Shown here one piece after another: positions 41,080 through 47,747 of a stretch of DNA of 58,083 nucleotides. The DNA is from Candidatus Omnitrophota bacterium. Its GTDB lineage: Bacteria; Omnitrophota; Gorgyraeia; 2-01-FULL-45-10. The stretch lies in NCBI GenBank assembly GCA_028699255.1, contig JAQVUX010000001.1, positions 1 to 58,083 on the forward strand. The letters are read 5' to 3'. The notes under the pieces are model-generated. The model made no database searches. It saw only the letters and a list, made by a program, of their open reading frames with translations, and was not told where the DNA came from. Position numbers and translations under genes: made by a program. Position 1 is the first letter of the stretch, and the number at the start of each line of letters is the position of its first letter.

Positions 41080-42288
41080 ATGAAATACGCTATTCTTGTA
41101 GGCGACGGGATGAGCGATTACCCTATTGCGGAACTTGACGGCAAGACGCCGCTCGAGGTATCGAAGATCCCCAATATGAATGAGATGGCACAAGAAGGCC
41201 TCGTGGGCCTCGTGAAGACGATCCCGCGCGGAATGAAGCCGGCCAGCGACATCGCGAATATGTCGATACTCGGCTATGACCCCAAGGCTTACTATACGGG
41301 CCGCGGCCCTCTCGAGGCGGCAAATATAGGTATCGAGATCGAAGAAGATGAAGTGGCGTTCCGTTGTAATTTCGTTACCATAAATAACAACATCATGGCC
41401 GATTACAGCGCCGGCCACATAAGCGACAAGGAATCCAAAGCACTTATCGAGTGCTTGAGCCAGAAGCTCGGGTCGGATAGAGTGAAATTTTATCACGGGA
41501 AGAGCTATCGCAACCTTCTCGTCGTGAAAGCGAAATCTCCGGACGAATTGGCCGATTTGAAAAAAGCGAACTGTGTGCCTCCGCACGATATAGCGCTCAA
41601 AGATATTACCAAAAGCCTTCCCGAAGGCCGCGGCGCCGAGCTTTTAAACGAACTCATGGAAGAGTCCAGGGGTATCCTCGAGAAGCACGAGATAAATAAA
41701 GTCCGCGTCGATCTCGGCGAGAACCCGGCGAATATGATATGGCTATGGGGCCAGGGCACGAATCCGAATATGCCGACGTTCAAAGGTATGTTTGGCATCG
41801 ATGGTGCTGTGATATCGGCGGTGGACCTGGTAAACGGTATAGGCAAGATAGCTGGACTCGAAGTCGTGAGCGTGCCGGGCGCTACCGGTTATTATGATAC
41901 AAATTACCAGGGCAAGGGTGAATATGCCGTCGAGCTTTTGAAAACAAAAGATTTTATATTCGTGCATGTCGAGGCCCCGGACGAGGCCGGACACAACGGA
42001 GAATTAAGAGCGAAGATAACCGCGATCGAGAACTTTGATAAATTCGTGGTGGGGCCGGTATGGAATTTTCTCAAAAACACCCAGGATTACAGGGTAATGG
42101 TGCTCTCGGATCATGCCACGCCCGTGGCGCTCAGGACTCATGTCTCCGATCCCGCGCCGTTCGTTATGGCTGGAAAGTCGGTCGAGCACAACGGTTTTGA
42201 TTCATTCAGCGAAAAAAATGCCGTCGCAGGCAAGGTCAAGTTTAAAACCGGCGCGGCACTTACGGAAGAACTTATTAAAAAGGTGTGA
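41080..42288 (+). CDS. Cofactor-independent phosphoglycerate mutase-like protein (ApgM family), probably the non-canonical homoserine kinase of this thr operon
   Basis: Start at ATG 41080 (MKYAILVGDGMSDYP). Alkaline-phosphatase-superfamily metal motifs (DGM.D, VEAPDEAGH, SDH). Sits 2 nt after thrC and 1 nt before lysC. Confidence 0.8.
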   Translation: MKYAILVGDGMSDYPIAELDGKTPLEVSKIPNMNEMAQEGLVGLVKTIPRGMKPASDIANMSILGYDPKAYYTGRGPLEAANIGIEIEEDEVAFRCNFVTINNNIMADYSAGHISDKESKALIECLSQKLGSDRVKFYHGKSYRNLLVVKAKSPDELADLKKANCVPPHDIALKDITKSLPEGRGAELLNELMEESRGILEKHEINKVRVDLGENPANMIWLWGQGTNPNMPTFKGMFGIDGAVISAVDLVNGIGKIAGLEVVSVPGATGYYDTNYQGKGEYAVELLKTKDFIFVHVEAPDEAGHNGELRAKITAIENFDKFVVGPVWNFLKNTQDYRVMVLSDHATPVALRTHVSDPAPFVMAGKSVEHNGFDSFSEKNAVAGKVKFKTGAALTEELIKKV

Positions 42289-42289
42289 T

Positions 42290-43519
42290 ATGGCAAGGTC
42301 TATAATAGTCCAAAAATTCGGCGGCACCAGCGTTGCAGATATCGAACGTATAAAGAATGTCGCGCGCAGAGTCGTTAAGTCCCGGAAGGAAGGATTTGAC
42401 GTCGTAACGGTCGTTTCCGCCCTCGGAGACTCCACCGATAAATTGATCGAGCTCGCCCATGAGGTGACGGAAAATCCGTCCGAGCGCGAACTCGATATGC
42501 TTCTATCGACGGGCGAGCAGGTCTCGTGCGCGCTTCTGACTATGGCGATCCACGAGCTCGGCGAAGACGCGGTCTCTTTTACCGGCGCGCAAGTCGGCAT
42601 AAAGACCGACAATGCTTTCACGCGAGCGCGTATCGTCGATATAAACGCCAAACGCATAGTGGAGGCGCTGAAGGCCGGCAAGATAGTGATAGTGGCCGGG
42701 TTCCAGGGGCTAAGTTTAAGTCAGGACATTACCACATTAGGCCGCGGCGGCTCGAACCTTACCGCCGTTGCGCTCGCGAAAGTGCTGGGCGCGGAATCGT
42801 GCGAGATGTACACGGACGTGGAAGGTGTATTCACCGCCGATCCGCGGATAGTGCCGGACGCGCGCAAGGTAGACCGGATAAGTTATGAAGAGATGTTCGA
42901 GCTTGCGTCGCTGGGCGCCCAGGTGCTCCAGCCGCGTTCGATAGAATTTGCCATGAAGTTCGGAGTGCCTATTCATGTGAGGTCGAGCTTCTCCGATAAA
43001 ATGGGCACCATAATTTCCAAGGAGGTAAAAGCGATGGAAGATATTGTCGTTTCGGGCGTTGCTCTGAACAAAGAAGAGGCCAAGATAACTATATGTGATG
43101 TGCCGGATAAGCCGGGCATAGCCGCCAGAATATTCAAAGGCATAGCGAATAAAGATATAAACGTCGATATGATAGTCCAGAACGTTTCCAGGACAGGCGC
43201 CACAGATCTGTCGTTTACCGTCCCGGGAGAGGATCTCGCCAGAACGATCAAAGCCGCGAAGGAGATCGCGCGCAAGGTCGGCGCCGGCGACATAACATTT
43301 GATAAGGACATGGCGAAAGTGTCGATAGTGGGCATAGGCATGAAGAGCCACTCCGGCGTTGCCGCCGACATGTTCGCCGCGCTTGCCGACAAGGGCATCA
43401 ATATCGAGATGATATCTACGAGCGAGATAAAAATATCGTGCGTGGTAGCCAAGAAGAACGGCCAGGAAGCGGTGAGAGCTATCCACGAAAAATTCGGATT
43501 AGGAAAGAAGAGCGGTTAA
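42290..43519 (+). CDS. lysC: Aspartate kinase (monofunctional, two ACT domains)
   Basis: Start at ATG 42290 ([15 protein letters not shown]). GRGGS(D/N)(L)TA motif and C-terminal ACT repeats. Confidence 0.94.
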   Translation: MARSIIVQKFGGTSVADIERIKNVARRVVKSRKEGFDVVTVVSALGDSTDKLIELAHEVTENPSERELDMLLSTGEQVSCALLTMAIHELGEDAVSFTGAQVGIKTDNAFTRARIVDINAKRIVEALKAGKIVIVAGFQGLSLSQDITTLGRGGSNLTAVALAKVLGAESCEMYTDVEGVFTADPRIVPDARKVDRISYEEMFELASLGAQVLQPRSIEFAMKFGVPIHVRSSFSDKMGTIISKEVKAMEDIVVSGVALNKEEAKITICDVPDKPGIAARIFKGIANKDINVDMIVQNVSRTGATDLSFTVPGEDLARTIKAAKEIARKVGAGDITFDKDMAKVSIVGIGMKSHSGVAADMFAALADKGINIEMISTSEIKISCVVAKKNGQEAVRAIHEKFGLGKKSG

Positions 43520-43520
43520 T

Positions 43521-45089
43521 ATGGCGAAAATCGAATTATACGATACTACCCTGCGTGACGGCGCGCAATCCGAAGGCATCTCGTTCTCGGTCAGCGATAA
43601 ACTTAAGATAGCGGAGAAGCTCGACGAGCTCGGTATCCATTTCATCGAGGGCGGTTGGCCGGGAGCCAATCCGAAGGATATGGAATTTTTCTCCAGAGTA
43701 AAGAAATTGAAGCTTAAAAATTCACGGATTACGGCTTTCGGCAGTACTATGCACGCCAAATCCAAAGCCGCCTCCGACCACGTGCTCAAAGGCCTTCTCG
43801 CGGCGGATACGAAATACATAACGATATTCGGCAAGAGCTGGGATCTGCATGTCCGCGACGTATTTAAGGTGGATCTCGACGAGAACCTCAGGATGATCGG
43901 GGATTCGATAAAATTTTTAAGATCAAAAGGTAAAACCGTTTTTTACGACGCGGAGCATTTCTTTGACGGCTACAAGGCCAATAAAGCCTACGCGCTTAAA
44001 ACGCTCGCCGCGGCGGAGGGTGCCGGCGCGCACAGGATAATACTTTGCGACACTAACGGCGGAACTTTAACGTCCCAACTTTTCGAGATCGTCGAGGAGG
44101 TCAAAGCCGTTATCAGCACGCCGCTCGGTATCCATTGCCATAACGATTGCGATATGGCGGTGGCCAACTCCATCGCCGCCGTCCAGGCCGGATGCCTACA
44201 GGTTCATGGGACGGTCAACGGCTACGGGGAGCGTTGCGGCAACGCGAATCTTATCTCGATAATAGCCAATCTTAAACTTAAACTGGGTGTGGATTGTATT
44301 TCCCGGCTGGAACTGCGCGAACTTACCGAAGTCGCCAGGTTCGTAGCGGAGATATCCAATCTTAAGATGAATGACAACGCCCCGTTTGTGGGTAACAGCG
44401 CCTTCGCGCATAAGGCGGGCGTTCACGTAAACGCTATCCTGAAGAATCCGGAAACGTATGAGCACACAGATCCTCATGCGATCGGCAATCACAGGCGGCT
44501 TCTCATCTCAGAACTGTCCGGCCGTTCGATGATACGCAAAAAAGCGGAAGATCTCGATATCGATCTTCCCAAGGATGCCGACAAGACGAAGAAGATACTC
44601 GAGACTCTCCAGGCGCTCGAGAATAAAGGTTATCATTTCGAGTCGGCTGAGGCGTCGCTGGAACTTCTCATAAAACGCATAATGAAGAAATTCAAAGATT
44701 TCTTCGATCTGGAAAATTTCAGGGTCATAATCGAGCAGAAGAAGGGCGGCAAGATGGTTACCGAGGCGACGATCAACCTTAAAGTCGACGGTGAGATCGA
44801 GCATACCGCCTCATTAGGCGACGGCCCGGTTAACGCGCTCGACAGCGCTTTACGAAAGGCATTGGCGAAGTTTTATCCCAATATCGCGCAGATGCATCTT
44901 ACCGACTACAAAGTAAGGGTCCTTGACGAAAAAGAAGGCACCGCCGCGCGTGTTCGCGTGCTTATTCAGTCGCAGGACAAGTCCGATTCATGGTGGACGA
45001 TGGGCGTTTCGGAGAATATTATCGAGGCCTCCTGGCAGGCGCTCGTCGATTCGGTCGAATATAAATTGCTCAAAGACATGAAAGCTTAA
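43521..45089 (+). CDS. cimA: (R)-citramalate synthase (LeuA/CimA family)
   Basis: [17 protein letters not shown]...IEGGWPG.NPKD.EFF N-terminus and a C-terminal LeuA-dimer regulatory domain. The length (522 aa) and N-terminal pattern fit CimA better than LeuA. Confidence 0.8.
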   Translation: MAKIELYDTTLRDGAQSEGISFSVSDKLKIAEKLDELGIHFIEGGWPGANPKDMEFFSRVKKLKLKNSRITAFGSTMHAKSKAASDHVLKGLLAADTKYITIFGKSWDLHVRDVFKVDLDENLRMIGDSIKFLRSKGKTVFYDAEHFFDGYKANKAYALKTLAAAEGAGAHRIILCDTNGGTLTSQLFEIVEEVKAVISTPLGIHCHNDCDMAVANSIAAVQAGCLQVHGTVNGYGERCGNANLISIIANLKLKLGVDCISRLELRELTEVARFVAEISNLKMNDNAPFVGNSAFAHKAGVHVNAILKNPETYEHTDPHAIGNHRRLLISELSGRSMIRKKAEDLDIDLPKDADKTKKILETLQALENKGYHFESAEASLELLIKRIMKKFKDFFDLENFRVIIEQKKGGKMVTEATINLKVDGEIEHTASLGDGPVNALDSALRKALAKFYPNIAQMHLTDYKVRVLDEKEGTAARVRVLIQSQDKSDSWWTMGVSENIIEASWQALVDSVEYKLLKDMKA

Positions 45090-45093
45090 ATGC

Positions 45094-45462
45094 ATGGCCG
45101 CACGCAGGATATTGATAGTCGAGGATGAGCGCGAACTCTGTTACCTTCTCAAGATGCGCTTAGAGACGAATGGCTACGAAGTGATAACCGCTTTTGACGG
45201 CAAGGAAGGGCTCGAAAAGGCGCACAAAGAAAAACCCAATCTGATACTGCTCGATCTCATGCTTCCGAAGCTGGACGGCTATTGGGTTTGCGATCTCCTC
45301 AAGAAGGACAAACGCTATGTGGCGACTCCCATCATAATAATAAGCGCCAAGGCGGAAGAAGAGAACCTGAAACTTGCCAAAGATTGCGGAGCTGATGCCT
45401 ATATGGAAAAGCCTTTTGATATCGAAGCGCTTTTAGCCAGGATCGCCAGCCTGCTGAAATAA
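45094..45462 (+). CDS. Stand-alone response-regulator receiver
   Basis: ILIVEDE...LDLMLPKLDG...SAK...KPF receiver signature. 122 aa. Confidence 0.88.
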   Translation: MAARRILIVEDERELCYLLKMRLETNGYEVITAFDGKEGLEKAHKEKPNLILLDLMLPKLDGYWVCDLLKKDKRYVATPIIIISAKAEEENLKLAKDCGADAYMEKPFDIEALLARIASLLK

Positions 45463-45468
45463 CCGACG

Positions 45469-46233
45469 ATGAATATAAAAATTATTCCGATAGTCTTTGC
45501 CGCTACGATGTTGACCGCGGGTTTTTCTTTCGCGGACACGATATATTTTACCAACGGCGGCACCATAGAGGGCATTGTCAAAAGCGAGAACGCCGATATT
45601 ATCGAGATCGATGTGGGGTTCGGCACGATAACATGCGCCAGAAATGAAATCGGCAGTATCGAGCGCTCCGACCCCGCCGCGTCCAGGATGTTGACGGAGA
45701 AATGGGCGAAGAGGCGCGAGGAGTTGAAAGCGAGCGAGGCGGCCTTTGAGTTGGAGCGCAAGAAGCGCTTCGAGGAATATGAGCGGCAGGATCGCGAAGA
45801 GCGCGAGCGCGCCGAGCGGGAAGCTAAGGAAGAGGGCACGATAGACTTGACGCGCGATCAGGAGACGAAGGGCATACTGGTCGACGCGGTGCTCAACGAA
45901 AATATAAAAGCGACACTTGTCCTCGATACCGGCGCGTCGATAGTCGTTCTGACAAAGCGGATGGGCGAGCAACTGGGGGTCGACTTAAGCGATCCGGGTA
46001 AAGGCCGGATAACTCTACAGCTGGCGGGCGATCACAAGGTGGACGCGAAATTAGTCATGCTGAAGAGCGTGCGGATCAAAGACATTGAGGTTAAGGGCGT
46101 GATGGCCGGGGTGCTTCTGGATGACGCGGGTGTTGGCCTTAAGGACGGGCTACTCGGCATGACATTCTTAAACCGATTCAATCTCAAGATTGATTTGAAG
46201 AACATGAAGATGTCGCTGGAAAAAACGGGATGA
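45469..46233 (+). CDS. Exported retropepsin-like (clan AA) aspartic protease with a charged coiled-coil linker
   Basis: Signal peptide, an ER-rich linker (RKKRFEEYERQDREERERAEREAKEEG), and the catalytic LVLDTGAS motif. Confidence 0.75.
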   Translation: MNIKIIPIVFAATMLTAGFSFADTIYFTNGGTIEGIVKSENADIIEIDVGFGTITCARNEIGSIERSDPAASRMLTEKWAKRREELKASEAAFELERKKRFEEYERQDREERERAEREAKEEGTIDLTRDQETKGILVDAVLNENIKATLVLDTGASIVVLTKRMGEQLGVDLSDPGKGRITLQLAGDHKVDAKLVMLKSVRIKDIEVKGVMAGVLLDDAGVGLKDGLLGMTFLNRFNLKIDLKNMKMSLEKTG

Positions 46234-46430
46234 CGGAATTTTTCGCTTTACTACCGCGGCGTTTACTTTCGGGTGGTGCCTTCGCTCGTCGCTCGCTCGG
46301 ATTAGCCATCCTCGCTCGCTGTCGTGAAATTTTCGATGGTGAAGCCTGTATCGGCATAAGGTATCGAAAATTTCAAGATTCGCTCCGGCACGCACCCGAA
46401 AGTTCTGCCGTCCGATAGCGCGAAATTTTT
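46233..46430. repeat. Degenerate palindromic element related to the structured family
   Basis: 11-bp stem actttcgggtg (46265-46275) / cacccgaaagt (46393-46403). It encloses a perfect 12-bp hairpin gaaattttcgat (46326-46337) / atcgaaaatttc (46363-46374). Confidence 0.6.
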
Positions 46431-46485
46431 GCACGAGACCGTTTTTTCATGCTGGTGGAGCAGGGAAGAGCGAGACGAGTAACTC

Positions 46486-46541
46486 GGTCGGAATCATCTA
46501 TAGTCGCGGAATCACCTACAGGGTCGGAATCACCTACGAGG
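46486..46541 (+). repeat. Three tandem 17-19-nt direct repeats GTCG(C)GGAATCA(Y)CTA(Y)(R)
   Basis: ggtcggaatcatctata / gtcgcggaatcacctacag / ggtcggaatcacctacgag, read directly from the sequence. Confidence 0.7.
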
Positions 46542-46852
46542 TGAAACCAGTCTAAGTATTTTCTCCTCGTAGGTGGGCAAAGGTTTTGCGTATTTTTCTG
46601 TAGCATAGCGATGAAATGTGCTGTGCCTCTGTGGTTTGCTCCGGACGCTCGGCCGATTCCAGCGATCGGTCTCGCTCCATAAAATTTTTTATGCTCCGCC
46701 GCTACACGGAAAACGAGAAGAGGCGATAGACCAAGCCATAAAAAATTGTAAGGCCGTCGCAAACCACATCGCCACATCACATTTCTGATGGAGCGAATAA
46801 TGTTTTTCACCTCCGAGGAAGGATTACTTAGATTGGTCCTACCTCGGAGGTG
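46531..46852. repeat. Composite ~320-nt palindrome: two inverted hairpin modules flanking a subfamily-2 structured element (46613-46785)
   Basis: The first hairpin is cacctacgagg-23nt-cctcgtaggtg (46531-46575) and the second is cacctccgagg-23nt-cctcggaggtg (46808-46852). Their loops are reverse complements at ~15/23 positions. The central arms are gaaatgtgctgtgcctctgtggtttgc / gcaaaccacatcgccacatcacatttc. Confidence 0.75.
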
Positions 46853-46903
46853 TGATGGGCTTCGGAGGTAGGAATAATTAAGGCAGGGCGAAGGCGCGGG
46901 CTC

Positions 46904-46932
46904 TTGACAGGGTTCATCACTTATGATACACT
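46904..46932 (+). promoter_or_regulatory. Putative promoter of the toxin-antitoxin operon
   Basis: TTGACA (46904-46909), a 17-nt spacer, then TACACT (46927-46932). ggagg RBS at 46940-46944. Confidence 0.4.
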
Positions 46933-46950
46933 TATTATGGAGGTAAAAAT

Positions 46951-47181
46951 ATGGCTACCAAGATGCCTCGACTCAATGTAGTGCTTGAACCGCCGATGTA
47001 TTTTGCCATAGTCGATATGGCAAAAAAGGACGGGGTTTCACTTTCGCTGAAGGCCCGCGACCTTATAAAGGAAGCGTTGGAGTTCTGTGAGGATAGCTTT
47101 TGGGCTAAAGAAGCGAAAAAACGCGAACGCACTTTCAGCCGCAAAAAAGCGATTTCCCATAAGAGCGTGTGGGGCAAGTAA
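46951..47181 (+). CDS. Type II antitoxin, ribbon-helix-helix-like
   Basis: 76 aa with a beta-alpha-alpha pattern (RLNVVLEPPMYFAIVDMAKKDGVSLSLKARDLIKEAL). TAATG overlap with the toxin gene. Confidence 0.7.
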   Translation: MATKMPRLNVVLEPPMYFAIVDMAKKDGVSLSLKARDLIKEALEFCEDSFWAKEAKKRERTFSRKKAISHKSVWGK

Positions 47182-47453
47182 TGAAGTATGACTTGCTATA
47201 TCATCCGGAAGTTAAAGAGGATATCCGGAAGATCCCGGCCAACATAAAGGCGCGTATCCGTAAGGCCATTGAAGCCCGGCTTCAAAACGATCCCATCCAA
47301 TATGGCCAGCCATTACGCCAAAGTCTTAAAGGGCATCGTAAACTTCGAGTGGGGGATTGGCGCGTAATCTATCATGTTGAAGCGACTACTGTGGTGATTA
47401 TTATGATAGGCAATAGAAAAGATGTTTACAAGGAAGTTTATCGCAGAGTTTAG
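47181..47453 (+). CDS. Type II toxin, RelE/ParE superfamily
   Basis: The pattern Y.L.YHP.V..D..K.P......I...I...L...P...G..L...L.G.RKLRVGD(W)RVIY.V......V.I..IG.R..VY is typical of RelE/StbE. Confidence 0.85.
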   Translation: MKYDLLYHPEVKEDIRKIPANIKARIRKAIEARLQNDPIQYGQPLRQSLKGHRKLRVGDWRVIYHVEATTVVIIMIGNRKDVYKEVYRRV

Positions 47454-47536
47454 AGTTTAAAAAGAATGAGTGCGCGCACCCCGGGGTGGGGTGAGATTGC
47501 AATCTCCGTGCCGAGCGATGAAAATCGCTGAGCTGT

Positions 47537-47727
47537 TAAACGGATACGAGGTATGGGGGTTGAGCCGTAAAAATTTACCAAGCTTGGCACAACCACTAAA
47601 GATATTGAAGAATGGTATAGAGGGAAAATAAGGGCGAAGAAGGAGGCAGGTGGAAGGGGTAATTTAACAAAACCTAAGCATCATCGATGGCAAATTTAGG
47701 CGAAGCCCCCTACCTCGTATCCGTTTA
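47537..47727. repeat. Long-range inverted repeat (17 bp + bulge + 5 bp) enclosing a ~146-nt purine-rich segment upstream of valS
   Basis: taaacggatacgaggta(t)ggggg (47537-47559) pairs with ccccctacctcgtatccgttta (47706-47727). Confidence 0.7.
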
Positions 47728-47747
47728 CAGAGTTACTGAGGAGAGAA

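Noticed and set aside
46486-46541. Possible CRISPR array
   Set aside because: There are only three directly abutting 17-19-nt units with no spacers, the units are imperfect, and no cas genes are present.
47454-47747. T-box or other known riboswitch leader upstream of valS
   Set aside because: I cannot find the conserved T-box sequence (AANNNGGGTGGTACCGCG-like), a specifier-loop arrangement, or a terminator/antiterminator pair. I report it only as an unexplained inverted repeat.
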